A stretch of 64,000 nt of DNA from Leidyana gryllorum EB-2025a. Lineage: Eukaryota > Protista > Apicomplexa. The stretch covers positions 186,001 to 250,000 of the forward strand of contig JBLWGC010000202.1 of the NCBI GenBank assembly GCA_048772705.1, written 5' to 3'. The position numbers were made by a program, and so were the translations under genes. Under the pieces are notes generated by a model that ran no database searches, was not told where the DNA came from, and was given only the letters and a program-made list of their open reading frames with translations. This document shows positions 34,801-47,643 of the stretch, piece after piece. The stretch's first letter is position 1, and the number at the start of each line of letters is the position of its first letter.

Positions 34801-36196
34801 CTAATCGAGTCTCCACAAACCGAACACACCACCCTCAGTCCCCGCAGCAACGAAAAATTCGTCTCCCCCGACGGGAACGACATTGAGCGACATGATGGGG
34901 TCTCTCAAACCCCTCTCCTCATCAATGACGACCGCACCCACAGCCATAACATCGCCCAACTCTCCGTTCCTGGGATCGTAGATCTTGATGGTTCCATCGA
35001 AACTTCCCACCACCAATGACGCAGGCCACCGAGGCGCCCATGCCACGACGGTTATGGCTTCCTGACTATTTTGAATGGTCTGTCTAACATGGAACCGCGA
35101 CACCTCCAGAACCTTGACCGTTCCTGTCAAGTCTGCGGCTGCGATCAGTACGTCTCCTATTTGTTCTTTGCACACTGCCGGACTGAAGCTGATGGTTTCA
35201 ACCGCCTCCTCAAAGAGCTCTTGCTGACGGACCACAGCCCCAGAGTGTAAATGAACCAATGCAACTCGGCCATCGGCACACCCACACGCAGCCAATGCCT
35301 CAGTCTGTGGTGTGATAGATGCTCACTCACTCAGTCAGTCACAGCAGTTGTACTTACGGGATGTATGTCGAGTGACACTATTCCGAGTGCCATCTCTCCG
35401 TCTTCCATATCCTCCAACTCTCCTGGCGGGGGCAGTACAGCAGCCTCCACACGGCAGGTTCCGTTCGAGGGATCCCACACTCTCAAATAACCGTCAGTGG
35501 ACACTGCAATTGAAGTGATGCGCAATGGTGGTTGTGAAGATTCATTGACTCACCCGTCACTGCCACAATTTCGTCCTGACCCTTCACTGGGTCCATCACT
35601 GTGGCGAAACGACATTTAGTCACTCTGCTTTTATGACCAATCAGGACGCTGATGAAACCTTTGACAGCGTGCCAGATCCATGCCGACCCATCAGCAGAAG
35701 CTGCGATCAGCACGAGACCCTTAGGGGCCCAGCAGATGTCTTCAATGTCAGCGTCCGGTCCATCAAGCTTCTGATCAAAGACCACTTTGGCGCCGTGCTC
35801 AGCTTCGTAGGTCACTTTGTAGAGACTCACAGTACCGTCCATGGATCCCGCTGCGAGATAAGAGCCATCAGCGCTTAAAGAACATTTGATTATTGTATCT
35901 GAATGGTGCTTTAGAGTGGTCGAGACTTCAAGTCCTCCCTCGACTTCGGCCGTATCTGGTTTTATGTCGCCGTTTTCCTCAACCGCCTCTGGCTGTACAT
36001 AGAGCTTTAGGTCGAGCACTCGAAGGACTTCGTCACAACCGCCCACAGCGAAACAAACTTCTGGAAGGGCTTTCGGAAAAAGGGTCATAGCGTGCAAACC
36101 CTTCTCATCTTGATCGGTTCCCTCGTTCGCCCCGTCAGCACCAGATAAAGGCACCTCCCAGAGATAGTCAGGCAACCGCACTGCTTCCTCCTCCAT
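34801..36196 (-). CDS. WD40 repeat protein, Sqt1/AAMP-like (uL16 chaperone)
   Basis: HSDTIIKCSLSADGSYLAAGSMDG, DIEDICWAPKGLVLIAASADGSAWIW, DGYLRVWDP; two short introns. Confidence 0.75.
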
Positions 36197-36233
36197 CTCG
36201 GTTCGTCAAAAATCGTCCAAAAAAGACCACCAA

Positions 36234-37683
36234 ATGCAGCCCCCCCCAGCCCCGCCCCCTGCGGATGGGGTCTATCCAATCCTTCCGCCTATGCCTCCTC
36301 CACTGGGCATCCCTCCGTATGATCCGAGGCCAATGCCTCCAGTACCTCTGCCGCCGGGAGCACCGTTAGTTGTGCCACCAGTGCCCCCCGCACCCCCAGG
36401 TGCCGTGCTGCCGCCGCCACCCCTACCGCCGATGCCAGGTGGAGGCGGCCCGCCTAACAACTCTTCAGACCCTGCGAAAATGTCGCAGACGCTTATGACC
36501 AACATGATGAGTCTACTGCTGCAGCTAACCAAGCCGGAGAAACACATACAAAGTGCCGATGCCGACGTCACCATTCCGCCGAACCGCACACTTTACGTCA
36601 ATAATCTCAATGACAAGATAAAACCCGAGAGTAAGTAACCCTCGCTCCCTCTTGGGCTGGGACCTTCCAAATGCTGGAAACATATCATCATCGCGCTTTA
36701 CAGAGATCAAAGAAGAGCTCAATGCTCTTTTCGCACCGTTTGGCGAAATTGTTCAAATTATCGCGATGAGAAGCTATTGGAGACGAGGGCAAGCTTTCGT
36801 GGCCTTCAGAGATCAGTCAGCAGCAACTAAAGCCATGGCAGCGCTCCAAGGCAGAATGCTGGAAGGAAAACCTATGGTGCGTTGGGCATTTGCACAGTTT
36901 GCACAGTGTATGCCAATCGTCCAGTTGCATCGTCTGCACGTCTGTCTCACGCATTGAGCACCCCTGCGCTCTGAGCACACTGATCATGCACACTTCATTT
37001 TCAGCGAATCAACTTTGCCCGAGAGAAGAGCGATTGCTTCCGAAAAGAGGACGGCACATTCGAGCCTCGCCCGAAAGGCCCGAAGAAGCCCCGGGCTATA
37101 CGAGAGCGCGAAGCTCAATTGAAGGAGCAATTCGAGGCGCTGCAGCACCAAATGGCGCAAATTCAACAGCAGCCATTCGGCTTGAAAACCGAAGCGAGCG
37201 CAGTGGAAACTGAAGTGAGCGAAGCTGGTGCAAAACGAAAGATCTTCTCGATGAGTATCACTGGCGGAGCCGGTGAAGCTGACCGGAAGAAAGCCAAATT
37301 GGAGGTACGTGTGAGCATAGAGATTGAAAACAATTGGCTTCAGACTGGGCCTGGTGCCAGCGGCGGCGTGCCCGCACCCCCTCCCGCTGCTGGGGGGATG
37401 GCAGCGCCCAGCAACGTACTGTTCCTGGAAGAGTTACCGGCCGAGTGTGCTGAGAGTGACCTGCATAAGATATTTAAGGGAATGGATGGCTTTGAAAAAG
37501 TTCGCCACATTACCAGCCGCAACTTGGCCTTCGTTGACTTCAAGTCCATCCCGGCCGCCGCCCAGGCGCTGGAGGGTAAGTATTGTCGGCGTGTGTTCGG
37601 TGTTATCCGGGATTTTCCTTGCAGCAATTGGCGGAGTGGAGATCAAGGGACGACAAATAAAGGCGTCATTCGCCAAACGCTGA
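36234..37683 (+). CDS. U1A/U2B'' (SNF-family) snRNP protein with proline-rich N-terminal extension
   Basis: RRM1 PPNRTLYVNNLNDKIK...RGQAFVAF...KPM|RINFAREKSD; RRM2 PSNVLFLEELP...LAFVDF...IKASFAKR. Confidence 0.92.
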
Positions 37684-37769
37684 GAGCGAGCCGTGTAGGA
37701 GTCGTCGTATATTGTATCTTTTATTCGACAATGAGCCCAGGTCCTATTCCATCACCACTACCTACCTAT

Positions 37770-37797
37770 ACACACACACGCACACACACACATACAT
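37770..37797 (+). repeat. (CA)n-type microsatellite in 3' region
   Basis: Imperfect CA run; similar runs at ~51517-51531, 52981-53011 and 54381-54426. Confidence 0.7.
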
Positions 37798-38025
37798 ACG
37801 CTCTCTTCCGTGCTGACCCTATCCCACGTATTGACACTGACATGTTCCACCACACATTGCCCACGTCCCTTGACGCCACTTTCTCTGTCGTAATCTAGTG
37901 TATCTTCTCATTCTTCGTCGTGTCTTTGGCTGTTGCTAAACTAGGTCCAGGTCATCGGCAGTTTGAAAAAGGAGATCGGTACGTCGCTCAGTTCTGTTTA
38001 GTTTGTTTGCATCCCTTGCATTGAC

Positions 38026-39119
38026 TTACTTTGCGATTTTGTGTCTCAGAATTGTTGTTGGGTCGGCCCCCAGCATCTCGCTCTCCATGCTCAGCTCGGT
38101 TTGGGGGCTGTCCACCGGTGGAGCGGCGTCGAATGGGCGGAGGCCCACACCACGTTCAGCGCAAGAAGTCATTATTTCGTTGATTCTTTCCTGCTCTTCA
38201 TGCCAGAGTAAACGAGTAGCAGCGCGGTTAGTGATTTTGTGGAACTCAGGTGTGCCGAAGGGCCCTGGAGCAACAGGATCGAGGCCAGGCGGTCGACCCC
38301 CAACGCTTGTCATCCGGGGTGGCGGTGCATAGGTGCTGTCGGCCACAAGCTGACCCACGCCACCGGGGAAAGGTGTCGTCATTCGATTCTGCTGCTGCTG
38401 TTGTTGAAATCGCAGTCGGGCGTTTCTCAGGTTGTCCAGAGCAATTGCCGCGTGCTGCCTCTTGTAGCTCGCCCCTGCAGAGGCGACAGCGAAACATAGC
38501 GGTACCCGCAAAGCCCACAGCGAACTGTGCTTCCACAATCTGGCACCCCTGATAACCTTCCACCCTTCAATCACCCTCACCGCATTATAACCCCTCGTAG
38601 CTGACGCTTGAAATGGCCGTTGGCCCAGTGAGCCAAGCGCTCTACCGCCCGTGACCGCTGCTCTCGAGCGCACAAGGAGCGACCCCGCACCACCTATGGG
38701 GACGTCCGTAGAAACCGACCAAACTTGATGGGGGGACACTTAGTGGGGGGACGCTTAGTGGGCTTTGTATTGTTACCTCAGCTGCTAGCAGAGCGGTCTC
38801 ATCCTTCATCCGCCCGTTCTCGGTTTTGAGTTTGTGGCAAGCGGACTGGATGGATGGGTCAGTCGTTGGTACTCCACATTGGATGGAGGACTGACCTTAT
38901 ACTTGAGAAGGACGTGGGGGCCGTACGCATGAGCGTAGAGAGTGAAGAGAGCGTGAGACTTCTCGACATCAGATCTGAGCTGATAAATTGCTGCTATGGA
39001 GTGGAGAGCACCTCCTTTGCGGAAAGCCTGGCTAAGAGGGTGTTGTACCACATTTGAGGGTTTACATTGAATGACGCTTTACGCGCGTCAGCGAGACGCA
39101 GATACACTTCAGAGGCCAT
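38026..39119 (-). CDS. Hypothetical multi-exon protein
   Basis: From ATG 39119, short GT-AG introns link MASEVYLRL..., ...HVLLKYK|SACHKLKTENG...|VVRGRSLC... into the 38026-38739 frame. 3' end uncertain. Confidence 0.5.
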
Positions 39120-39167
39120 ATCTCTTTTTAGACTTCTGAGCTCTCACGTCAAAGTGTTAGAGTCAAA

Positions 39168-42100
39168 ATGAATTACAACAGCAGTGTTGTGGTCGAACCC
39201 GCTGTCAAAAAGACGCGTACGATGACACCTGCATCTCCCCTTTCCAATGAATCCAGACTAATGACTGCCTCCCGAGACATTCTCTCGACCTCCAATGTTC
39301 TGCGCGAGATCACGAATCAGGCGACTCAGCCCGTAATCATTCCTCCGTCGACTGACGAGATCTTCTGGACTAACTGCGTGATGTGTTTGTGGGGATGGAC
39401 TCGGCCCGTCGAAACCTCCAACGCTTCCGGCCGATCCCGCCCCAATGATGTGGTGATCACAACTCCGAATGAGGTGCCGGAGGGGTTCATGTCATTCATC
39501 CAGAGGACCATCACTGGTCTGGGCGGAACCGCGGTGATGGTCTGCGACGAGCGCGCGTTCAGCACCGTATTGGATCTGTGTGCCGGCGAGAGTCGGCCTC
39601 GAGTCGTCTTCCACGTGTGTCGTCCAATGTACGGACAAATAGTGCTATCACAAGCGTGGGCCCGGTGGATGGAGTGCCGACACCAGTTTGCGTTGCCCGC
39701 CTATCAACGACACAGTAACGCTGGAAGTCAACGCATGCCGCAGCTAGTAGATCACCTGCTGAAAGGTGCCGACTTGGAGCGCCCTCGTGTGCAGGGTGTC
39801 GTGAGTATTGTTTGGCTCTACCTCGCTGCAATTGACAAAGTGTACTATCATCACGACGCAATGTTCTTCCGAGTCCCGGAACTCCCTATCAAAGACATTG
39901 AATCTCTCCCTCCATTGACATACTGTAATGGCACCTCGTCGGGCGGCAGCGGCAAGACCGTAGAGAAGAGGTTGCGTGTTCTCGTGGTCGGCGGCTCGGC
40001 TCGCGATACGGCCACAGCGAGTTCTCCTCGTGGGCTCTATGATCAAACATTGTGGGCCTGTGTGCTGAGCTCCGCCCTGGGAGCTGCCGTAGTCGACGAG
40101 TCGGAGTTGGATCGGGGCCCAACCCTCACCCACGCTACCGACGAGACACCGACCGTCATTGACGCTTATTGCCAGTATCTCGCCCAAACTGTCCGATGGA
40201 AGCCGTTCCGCAACAGCAAAGGAGTCAAAGATTTCCTCTATATCAATGAGTCTGCCTTCCTTCCCGATATTGTTCTTTGCACTAAAGTTGACCATCTCTT
40301 CGCTGGACTGTGCCACGAAGCCACGCCCTTGGAGGGGCTCGCCCAAATCCAGCTGATGCTCACTGCTGGTGTGAAATTTGTGTCTTGGCGATGGTTTGCA
40401 GAGGTGTACCGTACTAATGATCTTCCGCCTATCGAAGGCTGGGTTCAGAACCCTCGTGTACAACGGACGTATCAGAAAACCCTGATGCAACTGTGCGGCG
40501 GGGGAGACGTCAGGTCTGCTACCCCCAAGAGGAACTGCAACCCCAGAATGGGCAATGAGACTTCACCATCGGATGTCTCGTCCAGTTTGTCATCGACAAA
40601 CCGGAGAAAGCGGCATCTGAACCACGACGATGGGGTTGAAGGTGAGTGTGAGAGTGGGAACACCCAAAATGTTGCGGCTGCAGTCGGGGACAGCAACGAC
40701 TTAAGCACCACAGCTGCGGCACAGTATCACCGAACGTCTGTCGAGAGTAATGTTCCGGATGACTGGTGGCACGAAATGGCTCGCAAGATTGAGGAGGAAA
40801 GCACAAACGCAGTTCCCCCGAGTCGAGCTTCGGATTACTTTGGACACTGTGCGGAAGCTGCCATCCAAAAGTCGGTCAATGATGGCGTCAGTGTGACTGA
40901 CATTGCGAAGATGTCGTCCTACCGGACGGCCTTTCAGCTATTGCACAAAGACGCAACGGAATTCCTCGCCCAGGGAGATCTACCCGTATTTTGGGACCCA
41001 ATCGGCGTCACCGAGGGGTTAAAGAAACCTCGTGTGGCATTTGGGGCCAATCTCCACACCAAATACCGCACATTCTGCTATGACGTCCTCAGCTATTGGC
41101 CCTACGACAATCGCTACTTTGTATTCGAACCACTCGCACATGCTGTTGTTACCATCATCAAGACTGTTGACAACGTTCTCCTCAAACCTCTCAATGACCT
41201 CCTTCAGAACCAAACATTTAATGTCACCTCGTGGTTAGAACGCTTCCAGCGACAACTCCGCGGAAGTCATCAAGCCGTCTACGCTGTCGGCTCTTTCGAT
41301 CGCACACTCGTGGAGGATACGCCCATAGAGCCAGTCACCACAATCACCACACATGCCGAACCGGATCTCATTCTCTTTATGGCAGAAGAGTACGCCACCT
41401 ATAAGCGCTCAATTGCATTGTTAAGACGCTTAGTGCAAGTACTCAACGAGAGCGAGGAGGTCATCGGTAACTTTGAGAGCGGCAACCGCCCTGGCTCCCA
41501 GCTTGGTGCCAAATTCGTCAAAGCGCTATGCAACAGTGGACGAGCACATATCAGAGTAATAGTCAACCAAGCGAGCGTCTCCAAGCGCCGAGCCACCTAC
41601 AGCCAGAACGCCGCCGCCGCCGGCACCACCAAACCTCGCAGACTTTGCCCCAGCCAGTCCAGACGGGCCACCCTTTCCACAGACGCGGCCAAGCCCATCG
41701 TTGACCACCTGGAATCCATCAAGTGCTGGCAAGATACTAACGGCCCGAGTGAGTTGTCTCTCTTCTCCATCGGAGTCTGACAATTCCATCTGTCCTGCAG
41801 CTTCTGTCCAGCAGCCTGTACTGCTCGAGGATGTGTGCAGCGCTGCGCATGACGTTCACCACGTGTCAGCTCTCTTTGCCAAGACTCCTGTGGACCCCAA
41901 ATCCGATGTGGCCGAAGATTTGCAGGAAATTCTCTTATCGTTCACCAAGTGAGTCATCACCATCCTTCTCCGAATTTGATACGGGTACTGCGGGGGATCA
42001 CGATGGATGCCTGCCTGTTGACACTGCCTTATGCCTGCTGGTTCCTTGATCCACGATTCTTGTAGGTTTGCGAAGGAAACAATGTTGGAACACTTCATGC

Positions 42101-42333
42101 TTGAGGAGGACCCCACTTCTGGCGCCTGTGCGGGCCTTAGCCGTGTCTCATACACGCAAGGTGACGACTGGGTGCTGAGCGATGGACGATGCATGGGCTT
42201 TGCGCTTGAGCCAGCGTCAGGCCCTGCTGCTATGTGGAGGGACATGGACCATCAGGTGTTGAGTCAGTCGGACGTCTTTGAGTGCGAGATGGGTTACGCG
42301 GCTGATTCGCTGTCGTCAGTGCCATTCTGGTGA
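39168..42333 (+). CDS. Large hypothetical protein with two possible BRCT-like repeats
   Basis: 870-aa ORF plus downstream exons; segments ITGLGG...VVSIVWLY and ALGAAV...KFVSWRWFAEVY resemble the BRCT Gly-Gly/Ala turn and terminal Trp helix. Confidence 0.5.
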
Positions 42334-42498
42334 GGATCGAACACGTGTGCGCGGAAAATTAATCGCGGTTTGCAGTCGAACTCTGCGGGAGCTATCCGAG
42401 ATTGTAGAGCACCATCAATTCATGCGCCCAATTCACGGACCAAAGATAGTTAGTTAGCTTTCTTGAGGAAAAAATTGTTCAAACTGGCTCGAGTGCTC

Positions 42499-44247
42499 AT
42501 GGATTCAAGCCATGAAGCCAGCAATCACCTATATATCAAGTCCGTTTCTCCCCTGGCAACAGAAGTCAGTGTGAAGGAGTTCTTTCGTCAGGCGCCTTTG
42601 CCAGCTGATTCTGGCTCGACAACCGTTGCAGATGACCTCGTTGGCGTCTCTTTCATCCTGTGAGTGACTACCTGATGAGCATGGTTGCTCGCTTGTGATT
42701 TCTGGGCCACCACTATTGACGAGCGTTTGGTTTTCAGATACCCTCAGTCCACTCAAAAGTATTGCCGTCTGACCTTCGCCTCGTCAACGGGGGTAACGTC
42801 CGCGATAGCCTTGAACAATCAACATCTGCATGGCGTGCCGGTGGACTTCTCTGTCATTGACCCGGGCCTGGCGTCGAATCCGGACTTCAGGTCTGAAGCG
42901 CCCTCCTCTCGCCTCCCCGCAAACGCCCTAGCCCTGCAGCAGGCGCTGAACCCAGCCGCGTTGCTTGACCTCTTTGCGGAAGCCATAACGCTTAATGGGG
43001 GAGCCATGAGCTCCCCTCAAGTACAGAATCTGCATTCGATGTTAATCGCGGCTGGAGGATTGACACATGATCAGGCGAGTGCACTCGTCATGAACTTGGC
43101 GGGGGCGGCTCAGATTGCACAGCAGGCCGATCTGGGTGCGGCCGCCGCCCAGGCCACTATTCTGGCAGCGATAAGCAAGACCCAAGCAGTAAGTCGTCTA
43201 AGCATTACGGTATACTTTCTCCCAGACGCTCGGCGGTGGTGCGTTGGAGTCTATTTCAGCAATTTCACAGGCAGCAAAGTATCCAGTAGGTTCAATTTCA
43301 TCTACGAGTGGCTTGTGGACGTAGTCCTACCCATTGTCTTGTCTTTGCAGAGAGAGTCCGAGGCACAGCAGCTGGCACGTACATTGTTTGTTGGCAATCT
43401 ACCTGACCAATGGGACGAGAACGTGATCGTAGCAGTATTAAGAGACTTTTTGGGTCTCGGTACGGTGACTGACCGCCGCATAGACTGTTTGGCCTCTGAT
43501 GGATCGAGGTGAGGAGGAGAGTGCTCATCGCCCAAATGCTCTTCTGACAGGTTCGCGCTGGTCGAGTTCACTTCGCCAGAGGCAGTGGAGGTTGCCGTGA
43601 ACTTCCCAGAAGATCGGCGGACATTGGATTTGATGCAGCCCGGTGTTGCGGTGCCAACCGGCGGCGAGGATGCAGCTCCAGACTTTAAAGAGCAGCAAGC
43701 CGCTCTTTTGAACGAACGTGTGGTGCTGAAATTAGAGCCTGCGAAGACCACCGTGCGGCCTCGGGAACCAGATAATGTCAGTTACACTCTGAAGCCAAAT
43801 CAAGCGAGTGTTGTGCCGATAGCCTATCAGAGTCTCAGTAAGCTGAATTTGGAGGAGAAGCTCGCACGCGTCCGGCAAATCGCCCGCAGGATCGAGGCGG
43901 GAAAGGCCTCATCGGCGGCAGCTGCAGCAGCGGCTGGCAGCGATGAAGATCGCCGGAGTATCACAAGTGTACGAAAGCGCAACAACAATAACGTGTCGTC
44001 GTCCGACAATGGACGTCGCAGCCGCCGACGGCGTGAGGAATGGTGGGGTCCATACAGTGGTGACGGACCGGGTGGGGGAGACTACAACAGCGGCGGCCAT
44101 GAGTCAACCTCCTCGTCCAGACGTCACCACCAGGACTACGATCGCTACGATCGTGGAGCTTCCCGATCTTCAGAACATCATTACCACCGCCGACACTCGT
44201 CAACTGACCAGACGGAACGACGAAGTAGCCGGGACCGCAGCAGATAG
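42499..44247 (+). CDS. Two-RRM SR-like splicing regulator (SRSF11/SREK1-like)
   Basis: RRM1 HLYIKSVSP...YCRLTF, RRM2 ARTLFVGNLP...FALVEF, Arg/Ser/His-rich tail; three introns. Confidence 0.7.
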
Positions 44248-44280
44248 ACACTACCATCCACTCATCAATTTAGTCTTTGC

Positions 44281-47200
44281 ATGTCGTCATCCTCGGACTT
44301 GTTATCAGGTGTCAGTACTGTCCTCACTGGTCGCATTAAGCGCCGTGTCATCGCGAACGACTCGGATGACGACGGGGTCGCTAGTCAGCCCGTCACCGTC
44401 CGCCGTCGCAAACGCACTACTCGCGAGGAGTCATCCTCCGCCACTTCGGCGGCCGTATCAGAAGATACATCGCCTCTTCCCGCTCGTAAACGACTGAAAG
44501 TCAGAGGCGGTGACAAAAGCTCCGCTCCAAAGGCGCCCACTCCGGCCCCTCCCACTGACGAGAATCAACATCCACCTCCCAACAACCTGCCACCCCCCGC
44601 CAGGCGTCGGCGAGCACGGCCACCACCGCCTCCCGGACCGGATCCCGTCGCTGCTGCGACCACCAGTGCTGCCGATGAGCTCTTTGGAGATTCAGCAGAC
44701 AATGAGGTCGCCTGGAAGTCTACAAAACAGAAGAAACGAAAGTCTGTTGATCTGCTCGAAGAGATTCTGCGGGACGAGGCCGGAGATGACACTGCGCTAT
44801 TGTCAAATCCACTCGCCGATCTCCCACAACCCATCGAGGAGGAAGATGAGTCTCTCGACGGCCTCGGTCAAGTCGGAAAGAATCTAAATGATCTTGACGA
44901 AGAAGATGGTATTGACGCCAAGGATCTATGGGCACAAGTGAGAATGGCCTACAAGTCTCGTCCGATCTCATCTGCACCTTCGGAGGCCAGTCGAGCCACC
45001 AGTTCTAAATTACCCGTCCGTAAAACTGTCCGCAAGCCTAAGCCCAACCCCAAGGAAGGTCGCAAGAGGAGCCGAATTGCGCACGCTGAACGGGAAGAAG
45101 GCACCTCCAGTATCAACTCCAGTCCTCAGGCGGCCACGGGAATCGTTGCCCCCAACACTGCTGAAGACACTGGTGATAAAGAGTGTCCAGATGGGATCTC
45201 GTTGCAAAACAACGCGGCTGGGGGCCAAGGTGATGCACCGAGAGCTGAACAAGTTGACGACAGCGCCCAAAAGGAGACTGGTGAGGACACTGTGAACAAA
45301 ACAGACGCTGCCGAAGCCGCAAAGGCTGCGGACGCGCCGCCCGAGAGTAAAGAGAATCTTCTGTTCAGCGATGATGATGATGTCATTCTGCCCTCTAAAG
45401 CGGCGCGGAAGAAGCGCGCCAAGAAGAGTGTGAAGAAGAGGGAGGAGTCCGAGTCCGCCGAGATGTCGAGTGATATGTCCGATGACGAGGACAGATCAGA
45501 CAGCGACGGAGCGTCGGAGTCTTCTGACGAGGGCGGCGGGAGGCGGGAGTCAAAGAAGGCGTCCAAGAAGGCCGCTCGTCAGCGGAAACTTGAGTCGCGA
45601 TTGGATGATGACGCTTTGAGGGAAATGTTTGCCATGAATGACGGGGCTGAAGACTATTTCTCCGACGACTCTCTCGAGGAAGACGCTGCCGCTGAGGTCG
45701 CTGCGTGTAAGGCAATGTTAGACAACAAGATCAACGAGTACTATCGGGAAAAGAAAGCTCTCGAAGCGGACCTCACCAGGAAACGCAAAGAACACGAGAA
45801 GGCACTGTTATACAGAATGCTGTATTTTGTCACTCCCCATCTCCCGTTGTGGACTGTGGGTGATGCCACAGATGCGAATCGTCGCAAGTTTAGTTTCATC
45901 GAGATACCTCTTTGTTTCCGAGTTGGCGTCGACTCCACCACCGACGATCTTCTGTGCCAACTATGGGGTGCCAAACCCAAACCGCCCGGAAGTGGTGTCG
46001 TGAGCGATAAGATCGCAAATCGAAGAGCTTTGGAAGTGCAAACGGCAGTCCTAAAGAAGAGCGAAGCTTCCCAGACGTGGTGTCGTAATACTGGCCTGGC
46101 CATCACCTGTCTTGACAAGTTTACCCTCGAGCCCACTGAATTGAACAACCGTCTCGAATCGGCATTCCCGACTGAATTGGCCGAATGGAAAGCCATTATG
46201 GCACTGACTGACAATGACAAAGCCGAAGCTTTGCAGCTGTACAGTCGAAGTTTCGGAGGCCGTGCCTACGAAGCGCTGGAATGTATGGACAGCGTCGTCG
46301 ACGCCGAAGTTGACGTTGCAGAGGAGCAGACGTTGGATAGATCTCGTGATGCGTCAATTTCGACGACGGGGGCAGCCGTCAAAGCCAAACGTGTAGTCAT
46401 GATGACTGACGACGACGATGACGATGATGGAGACGGCGATGGGGGGGCTAATGGCGATGCTGAAGGTGAAGAGAGCGAGAGCGAAGGCGAAGGCGAAGAT
46501 AGCGATAACAGCAGCGACAGCGATTGCGATGAGATGGGTGAAGAGGTCGATGGGACGGGTATTGGCCGACCGTTGACTGAGACGGAAGTGATTATGGACA
46601 AGTTGGCAGATCAGGAATCGGCAGATGAAATGGTGGAAGACGGAGTCGGAGACTCGGGCGTCGATTCTGCGTCTCAGCCGAAAGAAGACGCAGAGGGGTC
46701 TGGTGGTGTATCTGCAGCTGCAGAAGAGCCGCCGAGTCCAGCGGCTGTTGAAGAGGCCGACGGATTCGCCTCTGGCAGTCTGTGGACAGAGACGGCTGTC
46801 AGACCGACGCAAACCACAACGGCAGAAGCTGCGGAGACGGGAGAGAAGAAAGCGAAGAAGATATTGCGGAGAAAAAGAAAGGCGAAGGAGAAGCAGAAGA
46901 TGAGAGAGAAAAGGTTAAAGGAAAGTTCATTCGTCCAAGATGAAGCGGACCTGAGTGGTGAAGATAGTGAGAGCGGTAACGGCGAAGAGGAGGACGAGAG
47001 CGATGAGGCTCTGAACGACTTTGTGGTTGAAGACGATAGTGAAGAAGAAGGTGTGGGTGATTTGCGCAGCATTGCAGCGCTGCACAATGCACAGATGGAA
47101 GAGAAGGCCGAAGACATTTACAAAGATCACTTTACAATGGCTGGAATCCAGAAGAGGCGTTTGGCCGAGATGGGTCAAATGCTGGATGATGACGGAGAGG

Positions 47201-47643
47201 TTATTGTGGATCCTCGGGTATTGGCCCGAAAGAGACTCGAAATGAAGAAACGCGATGAACACAGCGACGAGGAGGACGCAGGGGAGGACCCGGATGGAGA
47301 GGACTTGGATTCCGAGGATGATGACGACGATGAGGGAGAAGAGTTGGGCGCTGATGGAGGAGACACAGCCTTTGATAGCAAGGAGACGGCGCAAATTGCC
47401 CGTGAAGTGAGGAAGGTGAAGCGCGCTCGAGCCCAAGAGGCCGCAAAAGCCCGATTTGCACTCCAAGCGGCAGAGTCGGGAAAAAGTGGTGCGAAGCTGA
47501 CAGCAGTTTCGACGGTAGCCACGGGTCTGGAAGCTGAGCTGGGCGGGATCGAGACGATCAAAGATTCGGGCAACCCATCTAAAGACAAACAATTTATTGG
47601 GCAACTCAAGGAGTTACTGGGAGGCGAAGACGGTGAAGATTAG
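44281..47643 (+). CDS. Acidic disordered 1120-aa protein with an Mrc1/Claspin-like C-terminal motif
   Basis: Single-exon ORF; FVQDEADLSGED...LNDFVVED...IAALHNAQ...GIQKRR. Confidence 0.55.
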   Translation: MSSSSDLLSGVSTVLTGRIKRRVIANDSDDDGVASQPVTVRRRKRTTREESSSATSAAVSEDTSPLPARKRLKVRGGDKSSAPKAPTPAPPTDENQHPPPNNLPPPARRRRARPPPPPGPDPVAAATTSAADELFGDSADNEVAWKSTKQKKRKSVDLLEEILRDEAGDDTALLSNPLADLPQPIEEEDESLDGLGQVGKNLNDLDEEDGIDAKDLWAQVRMAYKSRPISSAPSEASRATSSKLPVRKTVRKPKPNPKEGRKRSRIAHAEREEGTSSINSSPQAATGIVAPNTAEDTGDKECPDGISLQNNAAGGQGDAPRAEQVDDSAQKETGEDTVNKTDAAEAAKAADAPPESKENLLFSDDDDVILPSKAARKKRAKKSVKKREESESAEMSSDMSDDEDRSDSDGASESSDEGGGRRESKKASKKAARQRKLESRLDDDALREMFAMNDGAEDYFSDDSLEEDAAAEVAACKAMLDNKINEYYREKKALEADLTRKRKEHEKALLYRMLYFVTPHLPLWTVGDATDANRRKFSFIEIPLCFRVGVDSTTDDLLCQLWGAKPKPPGSGVVSDKIANRRALEVQTAVLKKSEASQTWCRNTGLAITCLDKFTLEPTELNNRLESAFPTELAEWKAIMALTDNDKAEALQLYSRSFGGRAYEALECMDSVVDAEVDVAEEQTLDRSRDASISTTGAAVKAKRVVMMTDDDDDDDGDGDGGANGDAEGEESESEGEGEDSDNSSDSDCDEMGEEVDGTGIGRPLTETEVIMDKLADQESADEMVEDGVGDSGVDSASQPKEDAEGSGGVSAAAEEPPSPAAVEEADGFASGSLWTETAVRPTQTTTAEAAETGEKKAKKILRRKRKAKEKQKMREKRLKESSFVQDEADLSGEDSESGNGEEEDESDEALNDFVVEDDSEEEGVGDLRSIAALHNAQMEEKAEDIYKDHFTMAGIQKRRLAEMGQMLDDDGEVIVDPRVLARKRLEMKKRDEHSDEEDAGEDPDGEDLDSEDDDDDEGEELGADGGDTAFDSKETAQIAREVRKVKRARAQEAAKARFALQAAESGKSGAKLTAVSTVATGLEAELGGIETIKDSGNPSKDKQFIGQLKELLGGEDGED

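Noticed and set aside
8456-36196. Clustering of ribosome-biogenesis genes (RIO2, TSR1, RPS26, Sqt1-like) as a functional operon
   Set aside because: They are interspersed with unrelated genes; such density is expected in a reduced genome.
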